Part shown: positions 1 to 9,894 of the stretch, in pieces
How positions within the stretch are numbered: the stretch's first letter is position 1
Layout: every line of letters begins with the position of its first letter
Assembly: GCA_000990585.1 (NCBI GenBank)
Contig: LBQD01000002.1
Location: forward strand, 1 to 54,015
Direction of reading: 5' to 3'
From: Candidatus Moranbacteria bacterium GW2011_GWE2_35_2-
Lineage (GTDB): Bacteria; Patescibacteriota; Minisyncoccia; Moranbacterales; UBA9337
DNA length: 54,015 bases
Program-made: the position numbers and the translations under genes
Notes under the pieces: model-generated
Database searches by the model: none
The model's input: the letters and a program-made list of their open reading frames with translations, nothing else
What the model was told of the DNA's origin: nothing

Positions 1-96
1 TTCAGTTTCAAGCCACCACGCACGCGGGGCGTGCGATTAGTCGGAATCAGGATTATCAGCAAAATACATTCGAACTTTGTTTAATACACACCGCCA

Positions 97-137
97 AAAA
101 CAAAAAACCGTCCCGATGTGGAACGGTTTTTTGTTTT
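97..137. terminator. Intrinsic (probably bidirectional) terminator downstream of rnj
   Basis: Inverted repeat aaaacaaaaaaccgtccc / ggaacggttttttgtttt with A/T tails, 12 nt past the rnj stop. Confidence 0.75.
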
Positions 138-149
138 CAGATATAACTT

Positions 150-2036
150 CTACACTTCAATCACTACCGGCAAGACCATAGGCCTTCTTTCAGTTTTTTG
201 AAAAAGAAAAGACCCTACTGATTCACGAATATTTTTCTTTACCAAATCCCAGTTAATACTGGTATCTCGAGAAGTATTTTCTTTAATTACTTTTTTGACC
301 ACATTTTTGGTTGAATTTACTAAATCAAAATTCTCTTTAACATAAATAAACCCTCTAGAAGTAATTTGAATGTTTCCGACAATTTCCTTGGTCTTGCCAT
401 CAACAATTACTGTTATTACAAACATTCCGTCTTCCGCCAAAACTTGACGATCACGCAAAACCACTTGCCCGACATCACCCACTCCCAATCCATCGATAAA
501 AACATAATTCGTATCCACCTTGTTTTTTTCCAATTCGGGAATCTTTCCAACATCAAATTTCAAGACATTTCCATTATCTAGAATAAAAATATTTTTCTCT
601 GGAAATCCTGTTTCCGCCACCACCTTCTTTGCTTCTTTAAGAAAATAATGATTGGCATATACCGGAAGAACATAGGTTGGCTGCACTTGTCGTACTAATT
701 CCTTGATTGCTTGAATATTGTTGTGTCCGCTCACGTGAACATCCATAAGTTCATTATGAATAACATTATCGCATTTGCGATACAGATTGTCCTTAAGCCG
801 TTGAATAGTTCTTTCATTTCCAGGAATCACCGATGATGAAAAAATAATCGTATCGGTTTTTTTCAATTTAACAAAACGATGATTTTCCGTAACAATTCTT
901 GAGAGTACCGCATTAACTTCTCCTTGCGCTCCGGTACAAACTATCAAAACCTTACTATCTGGATAATCATGAATACGATTAATTTCAATCATTGTATCTT
1001 TACTGGCCTTAATATATCCCAACTGTTTAGCAACTTCCACATTCGCTTTCATACTAAATCCATCCAAGGCCACTTTTTTACCTACACTTTCAGCATAATT
1101 GATAATATCCTTAATTCTTTTTACTTGTGAAGAAAAGGTTCCGATAATCAATCTTCCAGGAGCTCCATCGATAATTTTTCTCAAATTAATCCACATATCT
1201 TCGTCGCTCACTATCGGACGATTATTAAGAGCTCCTAAGCTTTCCATCATCAAAATTGACGGTTTTGGCAAATTGCGCAAAAATTCATATGACAATGTTC
1301 CTTCTTTTTTATTTGCTCCTGTATCCATCGTCCAATCCCCCATATGCACCACACTCCCACTCGGAGAAAAAAGAACTACTCCGATCGAATCCATAATCGA
1401 ATGCTCGACATCAAAAAATTTCAATTGAAAATTTCCCAACCGCACTTTTTCTTGTCCGGTTTTTATGGAAACAGTTTTAAGGCGCACGGATGATCCGGGT
1501 TCCTGATCTTCCATTTTTCGCTTAACCAAAGCTAATGTAAGTTCTCTTCCAATTACTGGAGGATAACCCAATTCATTAAGCAATATTGGAGCGGCACCAA
1601 TATGATCCAGATGTCCGTGAGTAAAAACCACAGCACGAATACGCTTTTCTTTCCCTTTCAAATAGCTCACATTTGGAATAATATAATCAATTCCAGGCAT
1701 ATCTTCTTCGGGAAATTGCACACCCATATCCACTAAGACAATATCTTCTCCATACTCAAAAACAGTCATATTGCGTCCGACTTCTTCTTGCCCTCCGAGA
1801 GGAATTATTCTAAGTTTGTTTTCTATTACCGCGGGCGCCGCTTGAGTTTTTCTTCTCGCCGCTCCCTCATGCGAAACCATTTGTCCGACACGACTCGGCA
1901 TCGTTCGTCCATCGGTTTTTCTTCTTCCGCCTTTGCGGGATTTTGCCGAAGACCCATCAGGTCTTCTTTTTTTCGAGCTCGACACGACTCTTCCTTTTTC
2001 AGAAGAACGCTCGCGCTCTTTCTTGTTATCAGTCAT
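150..2036 (-). CDS. rnj: Ribonuclease J (metallo-beta-lactamase/beta-CASP) with a basic N-terminal extension
   Basis: Motifs IIPLGGQEEVGRNM, THGHLDHIG, CTGAQGE, SSSVIPGNE, HVSGH and C-terminal RRPMVLPVVIEV. Confidence 0.96.
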   Translation of the reverse strand: MTDNKKERERSSEKGRVVSSSKKRRPDGSSAKSRKGGRRKTDGRTMPSRVGQMVSHEGAARRKTQAAPAVIENKLRIIPLGGQEEVGRNMTVFEYGEDIVLVDMGVQFPEEDMPGIDYIIPNVSYLKGKEKRIRAVVFTHGHLDHIGAAPILLNELGYPPVIGRELTLALVKRKMEDQEPGSSVRLKTVSIKTGQEKVRLGNFQLKFFDVEHSIMDSIGVVLFSPSGSVVHMGDWTMDTGANKKEGTLSYEFLRNLPKPSILMMESLGALNNRPIVSDEDMWINLRKIIDGAPGRLIIGTFSSQVKRIKDIINYAESVGKKVALDGFSMKANVEVAKQLGYIKASKDTMIEINRIHDYPDSKVLIVCTGAQGEVNAVLSRIVTENHRFVKLKKTDTIIFSSSVIPGNERTIQRLKDNLYRKCDNVIHNELMDVHVSGHNNIQAIKELVRQVQPTYVLPVYANHYFLKEAKKVVAETGFPEKNIFILDNGNVLKFDVGKIPELEKNKVDTNYVFIDGLGVGDVGQVVLRDRQVLAEDGMFVITVIVDGKTKEIVGNIQITSRGFIYVKENFDLVNSTKNVVKKVIKENTSRDTSINWDLVKKNIRESVGSFLFQKTERRPMVLPVVIEV

Positions 2037-2172
2037 TTTTTTGTTGTCCTACAAATTACACATTCTTGTTAATTATGATTTTTTTCAAAATAAAAAAATC
2101 AAACTATAAAGTAAACAAACACAAAGAATGTTTATAGGATATTATTAAGTTATATTTTATATCTAAAAAGAT

Positions 2173-3198
2173 TTAGAGTATTTTTTTCAAATCCTCTACC
2201 AAATCAACCGGCGTCGGATCCTGTCCGTATTCCAGAGCTAGATAATATGACATCCAATCCCCCAGATAAAGAGCGGAGAACATTTTATAAAAAACACTTC
2301 CTTTTTCCATATCAATAATTTCCACCGGAATATTTTTATTTTTCAGAATGTCTGCAGTCACATCGAATCTTTTTTGATTTTGCGAATTATCATCTTTATC
2401 CCTAAGCATCAAAACAATAAAATTTGCTTGCGGATTTGTAAACCCAACCATCTCATTGTGATTAAGTTCCGGAAAAAAATTCCAAAATGCCGGTGTCTTG
2501 GCGTTTTCATTTATCTTTATCTTCCAAATCATCGCTACTGGCTTGTATTTTGTGCTTGAATATACTACCGGCGTCCTTCCCTTTATCTTATTTGCCAAAA
2601 CTTTTCCAATATTTTCAATCTCTTTTGTCTTCTCCCTCAGATTATTTGCCATTTTAAGTAATTCCGCTGATGCGTCTTCAATTAATCCGGCATTAATCAA
2701 AATTTGAAATATTGAAGCAAAAAAATATCCGATTGCCATTCTTGGTTGAAAATTTTCATACGGAATAGGTAATTTCACAAAAGGAACGCCATATTCCTTG
2801 CACATCTGCTCAATTTTTCCTCCGCTGGAAATGCCGACGCATTTAAGGTTATTGCGCAGTGCTTCATCAAAAGAAGCAACAGTTTCTTCTGTGTTACCGG
2901 AAAATGAACAAATAATGTTCAGAGAATTTTCATACGCTTCCGGAGGAAGAGAATAAAAACGATTTTGATATACCGCCAATCTTTCCTTTTCCTCGGAATT
3001 TCTTTTGCACAAATCATTGATAAAAACTCGTAAAATATTTCCCGGCAACGCACTACCGCCCATTCCAGACAAAGTAATTGATTTGAATTCCCCTTCAATT
3101 TTTATATCTTTGGCAATTTTCAGCCCTTCTTCAAATTGATTAGCTTCATCGAGAATAACTTTTCTTAAATTTGATTTGTCAATTTTATTTATTTCCAT
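2173..3198 (-). CDS. Bifunctional phosphoglucose/phosphomannose isomerase (SIS domain)
   Basis: Motifs SGMGGSA, SFSGNTEET, QPRMA, KINENAK, FPELNHNE and DPTPVDLVEDLK. Confidence 0.92.
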   Translation of the reverse strand: MEINKIDKSNLRKVILDEANQFEEGLKIAKDIKIEGEFKSITLSGMGGSALPGNILRVFINDLCKRNSEEKERLAVYQNRFYSLPPEAYENSLNIICSFSGNTEETVASFDEALRNNLKCVGISSGGKIEQMCKEYGVPFVKLPIPYENFQPRMAIGYFFASIFQILINAGLIEDASAELLKMANNLREKTKEIENIGKVLANKIKGRTPVVYSSTKYKPVAMIWKIKINENAKTPAFWNFFPELNHNEMVGFTNPQANFIVLMLRDKDDNSQNQKRFDVTADILKNKNIPVEIIDMEKGSVFYKMFSALYLGDWMSYYLALEYGQDPTPVDLVEDLKKIL

Positions 3199-4846
3199 TG
3201 TTTTTAAAAATTCTTTTTGTTTTTACGTACCACTTATTAATATTAGAAAATCGATATTGAGAACTGCTAATATTTTCAATATCAACCCCTTTAACTTGAT
3301 TTCCTATTGGATAAAGATAATTTCTGCTGTATAAAAACACGGCTGGAACTTCCGCAAGCAAAATCTTATTAAACTCGCGATATTTTTCAATTCTTTTATT
3401 TCTATCAAATTCTTCCCGTATTTCTCCTAAAATCTTGTCAGCTTGCTCATTATCAAATTTTGACAAATTAAGTCCCGGATCGGATTTCTTACTGGAATGC
3501 CAAAAAGAATATATATCAGGATCAAAACTTGTGGCTTGACCAAAAAGCAAAGCGTCATATTCCCTTGGACGAACATAATTTTGCTGTAAATCTGAAATAG
3601 TCAAAATCTGGACATTTACCTTAACTCCGATTTTTCGCCATTGATCAGCAAGAATTTGAGCAGTTTGCGAAAGTTCCGGCCAATCAGTAGTAAAGAGATT
3701 GAATTCAAGTTTGTTTCCATCTTTTTCTCGAATACCATCGTCTTTTATTTCCCAACCGCTATCACTAAGAATTTTATTTCCTTTTTCTAAATCAAAAGTA
3801 TGATACTCTATGCCTTCTCCTTGACTTTCCTGCATTTGAGGCAAGAAAGGAGAATAGAGAATATTAGCCTTGGTAAAAAGAACCTTTTCGATTATTTCAT
3901 TTCTATCAGTCGCAAAATCCAAAGCCTGACGAACTTCATCATTTGCCAATGATACGCTCTTGCTTTGATTAAAAAAAACGGCAAAATAACGCGGCATATT
4001 GAACTCATGCACATTGGTACTTTTTATCAAGCTGATATCTTTCACTTCAGCCGGAGAAATACTGCTAATTCCATTAATCTCCTTCTTTTTATATGCATTC
4101 AACAAAGATGCCTCGTCTAAATAAAAATTGAAAAATACTTTTGAAATATAGGCAGGTCCCTCAAAATATTCAGGAAAAGAAACTAAATTATAGGATAAGA
4201 TATTTCCTCCGGAATCTTTTTGATAATCAGAAAATCGGTATGGTCCCGATCCGATCGGATTCAAATTATATTCAGCCAAAGAAAATTTTTCCGGAGCAAT
4301 ATTTTCCCAAATATGTTTTGGAAGAATTCCCACAGTCAAATTTTCCAAAAAACCGAAGTATGGATTTTCCAAAATAAATTTGATTGAATGTGAATCGATT
4401 TGCTCTATTTTTACTCCTTGCCAATTTTGCCTGATCGGACTTTTATACGCCGCGTCTTGCAAAATATTTATAGTAAAAACGATATCATCCGCCAACAACT
4501 CGTGTCCGTCATGCCACTTGATTCCTTCTTTGAGATAAAAAATATATTCTTTGCGATCTTCGGAAATTTCATAGTTAGAAGCCAAATCATTGGTAATGTT
4601 GCCATTCTTGTCATATTTAAGTAATCCATTATAGATTATTTGCGTCAAACCGGCATCTGCTTCACTGGTTTGCGAAAGCAATGGATTGACATATAAAGGT
4701 TGTCCAACCATCCCTTCTTTATAGCTTCCGCCAAAATCAGCAACAGGATCAGTAAAAGAAATATATACATATCCCGTCCAAAATATCAGAGCGCCGAATG
4801 CAATCAACACCAAAAGAAGCGAGATGAGCTTCTCTTTTAAATTCAA
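3185..4846 (-). CDS. Family 5 extracellular solute-binding protein (OppA/DppA-like) with N-terminal membrane anchor
   Basis: IYNGLLKYD, FYLKEGIKWHDG, PIGSGPYRF, VRQAL; the start codon is uncertain because the frame stays open about 22 codons upstream of the TTG. Confidence 0.88.
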   Translation of the reverse strand: MNLKEKLISLLLVLIAFGALIFWTGYVYISFTDPVADFGGSYKEGMVGQPLYVNPLLSQTSEADAGLTQIIYNGLLKYDKNGNITNDLASNYEISEDRKEYIFYLKEGIKWHDGHELLADDIVFTINILQDAAYKSPIRQNWQGVKIEQIDSHSIKFILENPYFGFLENLTVGILPKHIWENIAPEKFSLAEYNLNPIGSGPYRFSDYQKDSGGNILSYNLVSFPEYFEGPAYISKVFFNFYLDEASLLNAYKKKEINGISSISPAEVKDISLIKSTNVHEFNMPRYFAVFFNQSKSVSLANDEVRQALDFATDRNEIIEKVLFTKANILYSPFLPQMQESQGEGIEYHTFDLEKGNKILSDSGWEIKDDGIREKDGNKLEFNLFTTDWPELSQTAQILADQWRKIGVKVNVQILTISDLQQNYVRPREYDALLFGQATSFDPDIYSFWHSSKKSDPGLNLSKFDNEQADKILGEIREEFDRNKRIEKYREFNKILLAEVPAVFLYSRNYLYPIGNQVKGVDIENISSSQYRFSNINKWYVKTKRIFKNNGNK

Positions 4847-4923
4847 AGTTTTATTAATATACTGCCAGTTTCCCGGCAGAATTAATTTTATTTTCTCGAT
4901 ACTAATATTTTTTTATTAACTAC

Positions 4924-5145
4924 TTACTTGGCGCCAATAAAAACATTCAGAGCTGCCAATAGCATAAAAAGAATAGCTAAAGCTACGGAAAAATAAACTA
5001 AAAATTTCTCAAATCCTCTTTTGGCGTAATATCCACCCATATCTCCTCCAAAAGCGGCGCCTAATCCAGAACCTCTATTTTGCAACAAAATAGAAATTAT
5101 CAATAAAATTGACGTTATTATTTGCAAAATACTAATCCATTTCAT
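4924..5145 (-). CDS. secG: Preprotein translocase subunit SecG
   Basis: Two TM helices flanking ILLQNRGSGLGAAFGG...KRGFEKFL. Confidence 0.93.
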   Translation of the reverse strand: MKWISILQIITSILLIISILLQNRGSGLGAAFGGDMGGYYAKRGFEKFLVYFSVALAILFMLLAALNVFIGAK

Positions 5146-5182
5146 AAATCCTCGAATTTAGTCTTTTTTTCATTACTCAAAC

Positions 5183-5211
5183 ATCCTACACGAAAAACCT
5201 CTAAAAGTCAA
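5183..5211 (-). promoter_or_regulatory. Sigma70-type promoter for secG
   Basis: TTGACT-17 bp-TAGGAT on the minus strand. Confidence 0.55.
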
Positions 5212-5242
5212 TGGCATATTTTTTTCTTTAATCCTTAGTCAT

Positions 5243-5271
5243 TTGACAGGAATATCTTACTTTGCTATATT
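5243..5271 (+). promoter_or_regulatory. Sigma70-type promoter for the DHH gene (possibly also pilB)
   Basis: TTGACA-17 bp-TATATT with extended -10 TG. Confidence 0.7.
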
Positions 5272-5326
5272 TGGGGACTGATTTGTTTATTATACATTAA
5301 CCCCTTTAATCTTAAAATCCACTACT

Positions 5327-6457
5327 ATGGGAACAGAACTTGTTCAGCAGTTAGAAGAAATTCTAAAAAAATCCAAGGATATTCTTATTCTTATCCCCCA
5401 AAACCCGGATGGAGATTCAATTGGAGCCGCTTGGGCTTTTTATTTTTTTCTCACTAAACAAAACTTAAATCCTGCTATCGCCGTAAGTGATCCATTTGAA
5501 AATATTTCTCGTTTTGATTTTCTTCCTCATCCTAAGAATTTATCCGATAATTTATCCGGCGCGCGCGACTTTATCCTTTCATTCAACACCAAGCACAATG
5601 AAATAACGGACGTACGCACTGAAAGAAATGAAAATGAGCTGCGCATCTATATAACTCCTCGCCAAGGATCCATTGATCCGCGGGATTTTTCATTTATTCC
5701 GGCAAAATTCAAATATGATCTTATAATTGCACTCAACTCATCTGACAAAGAAACACTAGGAAAAATATATGAAGAAAATCCGGATATTTTTTATGAAGTT
5801 CCAATTGTAAATATCGATCACCACATCAATAATGATAAATTCGGTCAAATCAATATTATTGATATCACCGCATCTTCGACTTGCGAAATTCTTTCCGGAC
5901 TTATATCTTCGGAAATTGATGAAAATATTTCCAATTGTCTGCTCAGTGGAATAATTAGTGCAACCGAAAGCTTTCAAAACAAACATACTACACCGAAAGC
6001 ACTGCAAATTTCAGCTAATTTAATGGACAAAGGGGCTAACCAACAAAATATTATCCGACATCTGTACAAAACTCAGCCTTTTAATTTATTGAAATTATGG
6101 GGTCGCATTATGGCTCAGCTCAAATGGAACGAAGATCTCAAATTAGCATGGTCATCGGTTTCTATTGAAGATTTCGTACAAAGCCGCAGTAAACCCGAAG
6201 ATATCCCTTTCATTATCAAGAAAATACAAGAGAATTATTCATCCGGAAAAATATTTCTTGTTCTTTACAATGAATCGGAAGAAAAAATCAAAGGTTTGAT
6301 CAAATTTTCCGAGACGGAAAAAATCAAGAATGCTGCACTAATTTTTCCCGGCGGAGAAATTCGAGGTGATATATACGAATTTGTTTCAGAAAATAAAAAT
6401 ATTGGGGATATCGAAAAAGAAATAATTTCCAACTTGCACAAACAATCAATATTTTAA
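5327..6457 (+). CDS. DHH family phosphoesterase (NrnA-like)
   Basis: NPDGDSIG, IVNIDHH, SSTCEIL, LLSGII; the first-motif His appears replaced. Confidence 0.85.
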   Translation: MGTELVQQLEEILKKSKDILILIPQNPDGDSIGAAWAFYFFLTKQNLNPAIAVSDPFENISRFDFLPHPKNLSDNLSGARDFILSFNTKHNEITDVRTERNENELRIYITPRQGSIDPRDFSFIPAKFKYDLIIALNSSDKETLGKIYEENPDIFYEVPIVNIDHHINNDKFGQINIIDITASSTCEILSGLISSEIDENISNCLLSGIISATESFQNKHTTPKALQISANLMDKGANQQNIIRHLYKTQPFNLLKLWGRIMAQLKWNEDLKLAWSSVSIEDFVQSRSKPEDIPFIIKKIQENYSSGKIFLVLYNESEEKIKGLIKFSETEKIKNAALIFPGGEIRGDIYEFVSENKNIGDIEKEIISNLHKQSIF

Positions 6458-6586
6458 TTACCGGATATAACATTATACAAAAAAATTAACAGATCTTACT
6501 TTTGGTCTGTTTTTTTGCTATTAACCAGAAAATGCGATAAAATAGAGATGTTATCACATATATTAAAATTATTTTTTATAAATTTT

Positions 6587-9500
6587 ATGGTTAAAGTTCT
6601 AAAAAAATCAATAGAAGAAGAAAAAGAAAAAGATTTAGCCACTCAAAAAGTGCTTGACGAAATGAAAAAGAAATCAGAAGAAGACCAGGCCGTACATCAG
6701 GCAAAACAAGTTGGTCTTCCTTATGCCGATCTTAATATTTTTCCTATTGATGAAAATGACATAAGAATAATTCCAGAAGAAGACGCTAAAAAACACCTGA
6801 TTGCTATTTTTAATAAATCAGGGAAAAAAATTCGTATCGGAATGGTTGATCCTAAAAATGATGCCGCTAAAAAATATATAGAAAATTTTAAAAATGATCA
6901 GGATTATTTTATAGAAATATACGTCATATCTCTTTCTTCTGCTAACCGAGTCTGGGAAAAATATAAAAAAATTTCTTTTTTGGAAAATCTGGATCTGCTT
7001 CGCATATCTCTAAATGGAGAAGATTTGGAAAAATTTGAAGAAAATTTTAGCGAACTCTTACAATTAAAAAATAAACTAACAAAAACTTCCACGACCGATA
7101 TTATCGATATAATAATGTCCGGTGCTATAAAAATGAAAGCTAGTGATGTTCACTTTGAACCGCAAGAGGCTGAGGTTCGTTTGCGGTATCGTATTGATGG
7201 AGTACTTCAAGATATTGGAAATTTTCCCCATAAAAACTATCAATCTATCATATCTCGCGTAAAAATGATGGGAGGAATGAAACTAAACATCCGTGATATT
7301 GCCCAAGACGGACATTTTCCTATTGATATCGACAATGGGAAAATAGACATTCGCGTTAATATAATTCCGGGAAATTACGGGGAAAGCATTGTAATGAGAA
7401 TTTTAAACCAAGCAAGTATTCTTTTGAGTATCGAAGACTTGGGGATGCGTGGACTTTCTTTCGAACAACTCAAAAAAGAAATTTCCAAACCCAACGGAAT
7501 GATTCTCACTACTGGACCGACCGGATCGGGAAAAACAACTACACTCTATGCAATTATTAATAAACTCAACAAATCTGACACAAAAATAATCACTATTGAA
7601 GATCCTGTTGAATACGAACTTAAAGGAATTTCTCAAACTCAGGTTGTCAAAAAAAAATACACCTTTGCCGAAGGATTAAGAGCTATCGTCCGTCAAGATC
7701 CGGATATTATTATGGTAGGTGAAATTCGCGATGAAGAAACTGCGGGAATAGCCGTAAACGCCGCTCTTACTGGACATTTGGTCTTATCAACATTGCACAC
7801 CAATAATGCTCCTGCTTCTATTCCAAGACTTGTTGAAATGGGAGTAAAATCATCCCTTATCCCTTCATCTGTAAATATTTTTATTGCGCAGCGTCTTTTG
7901 CGAAAACTGTGCCCTTACTGCAAAGAAAAATACAAGCCGGCAAAAGAAACCTTCGATTCAATAAAAAAAATGTTATCTATAATATCTCCGAAATCCAAGG
8001 TGGAAGCTTCTGTGAATGCGGATTTTCTCTATAGACCCAAAGGATGTCCGAAATGTCATCAGATCGGATATCAAGGAAGAATAGGAATATTTGAAGTGTT
8101 AACTATCAGTAAAAATGTTGAAAAATTAATTTATGAAGGCGCCAGTGAAAACGCTATTACTCAGGCGGCGCTGGAGGACGGCATGATCACAATGACACAA
8201 GATGGGATTCTGAAATCACTGGAAGGAATCGTTTCGATGGAAGAAGTTTGGAGAGTTACCGGACAAACAGATTTCTTGGAACAACTTTATGAAAATTTAA
8301 TGGATCAATCACTTTCCAGATCAATTCCTATTTCTGAAGAAGATTTAATTTTAGTATCAAAAAATAAAAATTCTTTTGAAAAAATCAGTTCTCTTTTGCA
8401 AAAAACCGCCCCGGAAAAACTAGTTGAAGTTATTTTTTCCAGCGCTCTTATCCTGCAAGCAGGAGATATTCATATCGAACCAAAAAAAGATGCTGTGAGT
8501 ATTCGCTTTCGTATAGATGGAATATTGCAAGAAATTGGAAATGTACCTCTTTCAACTTATCCGACATTGTTAGGTCGAATAAAATTACTCAGCGGACTAA
8601 AAACTGGAACAAGAGTCGGAGTAGCCGATAGCCGATTTAGTATTTCATTGGAAAAACCATTTGAAAACATTAGCCAAGAATCCACTGATGTTCGTGTTTC
8701 TATAATCACTGGAGGATTCGGAGAAACAGTTGTAATGAGATTACTGAATAAATCCGCCGTTTCTTTGGATATAGAAAATTTAGGAATCAGAAAAGAAAAT
8801 CTACAAAAAATAATTCACGAAGTCAGTAAGCCTAATGGTTTTTTTATTAACACCGGCCCTACAGGATCAGGAAAAACCACTACGCTCTACAGCATTTTAA
8901 GCAAGCTTAATAAATCTGCGGTAAAAATAATCACAGTTGAAGATCCGATTGAATATCAACTTGAAGGAATTCTACAAACTCAAACTAACAAAGAAGAAAA
9001 TTATGATTTCCCTACAGCGCTCAAATCTCTAATGCGCCAAAATCCGGATATTATTATGGTAGGTGAAATTCGCGACAATGATACAGCGAATATTGCACTG
9101 CAAGCTTCTTTAACGGGACATCTAGTCCTTTCAACATTGCACACAAATGACAGCGCTGGAACAATCACGCGATTACTAAATATGAACATACGTCCCGATG
9201 ATTTAGCTACCGCCTCCAATGCTTTTATGGCGCAAAGATTAGTACGCAAACTTTGTGATTGCAAAGAAGAATCTGCACCGACTGAAAAAGAAAAAAAAGA
9301 AATTGAAAACATTATCAATTCTATTTCAGAAAAATCCGGTATAAATAAGACAGACTATTCTGCTATGAAAATTTATAAACCAAAGGGTTGCGCTAAATGC
9401 AACAACATTGGTTATTCAGGAAGAACAACTGTCAGTGAAGTTCTTGTTATTGACCGCGATATTCAAGATCTTATCAATAAAAATGCTCTTTCCTCGGAAA

Positions 9501-9625
9501 TAAAAGAAAAAGCTATTGAAAATGGTATGATTACTATGCTTCAAGACGGAATATTAACCGCATTAGAAGGAAAAACTTCATTGGAAGAAGTCTGGAGAAC
9601 GATAGGAGAAGATGATGGAAAATAA
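6587..9625 (+). CDS. Type IV pilus/type II secretion assembly ATPase (PilB/GspE family) with two tandem ATPase modules
   Basis: Two copies each of D(V/I)H(F/I)EP, RIDG, GPTGSGKTT, EDP(V/I)EY, PDIIMVGEIRD, TGHLVLSTLHTN and Cys zinc motifs; ATG at 6587 preferred over the TTG at 6515. Confidence 0.92.
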   Translation: MVKVLKKSIEEEKEKDLATQKVLDEMKKKSEEDQAVHQAKQVGLPYADLNIFPIDENDIRIIPEEDAKKHLIAIFNKSGKKIRIGMVDPKNDAAKKYIENFKNDQDYFIEIYVISLSSANRVWEKYKKISFLENLDLLRISLNGEDLEKFEENFSELLQLKNKLTKTSTTDIIDIIMSGAIKMKASDVHFEPQEAEVRLRYRIDGVLQDIGNFPHKNYQSIISRVKMMGGMKLNIRDIAQDGHFPIDIDNGKIDIRVNIIPGNYGESIVMRILNQASILLSIEDLGMRGLSFEQLKKEISKPNGMILTTGPTGSGKTTTLYAIINKLNKSDTKIITIEDPVEYELKGISQTQVVKKKYTFAEGLRAIVRQDPDIIMVGEIRDEETAGIAVNAALTGHLVLSTLHTNNAPASIPRLVEMGVKSSLIPSSVNIFIAQRLLRKLCPYCKEKYKPAKETFDSIKKMLSIISPKSKVEASVNADFLYRPKGCPKCHQIGYQGRIGIFEVLTISKNVEKLIYEGASENAITQAALEDGMITMTQDGILKSLEGIVSMEEVWRVTGQTDFLEQLYENLMDQSLSRSIPISEEDLILVSKNKNSFEKISSLLQKTAPEKLVEVIFSSALILQAGDIHIEPKKDAVSIRFRIDGILQEIGNVPLSTYPTLLGRIKLLSGLKTGTRVGVADSRFSISLEKPFENISQESTDVRVSIITGGFGETVVMRLLNKSAVSLDIENLGIRKENLQKIIHEVSKPNGFFINTGPTGSGKTTTLYSILSKLNKSAVKIITVEDPIEYQLEGILQTQTNKEENYDFPTALKSLMRQNPDIIMVGEIRDNDTANIALQASLTGHLVLSTLHTNDSAGTITRLLNMNIRPDDLATASNAFMAQRLVRKLCDCKEESAPTEKEKKEIENIINSISEKSGINKTDYSAMKIYKPKGCAKCNNIGYSGRTTVSEVLVIDRDIQDLINKNALSSEIKEKAIENGMITMLQDGILTALEGKTSLEEVWRTIGEDDGK

Positions 9626-9630
9626 AAAAA

Positions 9631-9805
9631 GTTGTTTTTATTAACCTGCAGACACGCCCGAAACAATAACAATTGATTTGGGAAGAAAGCAGTGCCGAGG
9701 AACGCCACAGCCGAAACCGGTGCGCCCATATCTGGGCAAAAAAGCTTCCATAATTGAGGACAAAAGATAGAAGTCCCCAATCGTCTACAGATTAATAAAA
9801 ACAAC
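9631..9805 (-). ncRNA. Putative structured ncRNA with 6S RNA-like architecture
   Basis: 23-bp closing stem (9631-9653 with 9783-9805) and internal stems; mismatches become G.U pairs on the minus strand; GC-richer than the flanks; upstream promoter present. Confidence 0.55.
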
Positions 9806-9848
9806 CTCACAAAACAGCCTGTCTATTTATCAATTCTCATGAAATTCT

Positions 9849-9877
9849 ATGTTAGCATAGCTTTATTTTTTTGTCAA
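9849..9877 (-). promoter_or_regulatory. Sigma70-type promoter pointing at the putative ncRNA
   Basis: TTGACA-17 bp-TAACAT with extended -10 TG on the minus strand. Confidence 0.6.
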
Positions 9878-9894
9878 GTAATGTTATAATCAGA

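Noticed and set aside
60-100. Complete tRNA gene
   Set aside because: Only a degenerate 3'-end-like motif is present and no cloverleaf can be built
9541-9810. 89-aa minus-strand ORF over the pilB-ruvB spacer
   Set aside because: It overlaps the pilB 3' end, has no recognisable motif, and the region is better explained by RNA structure
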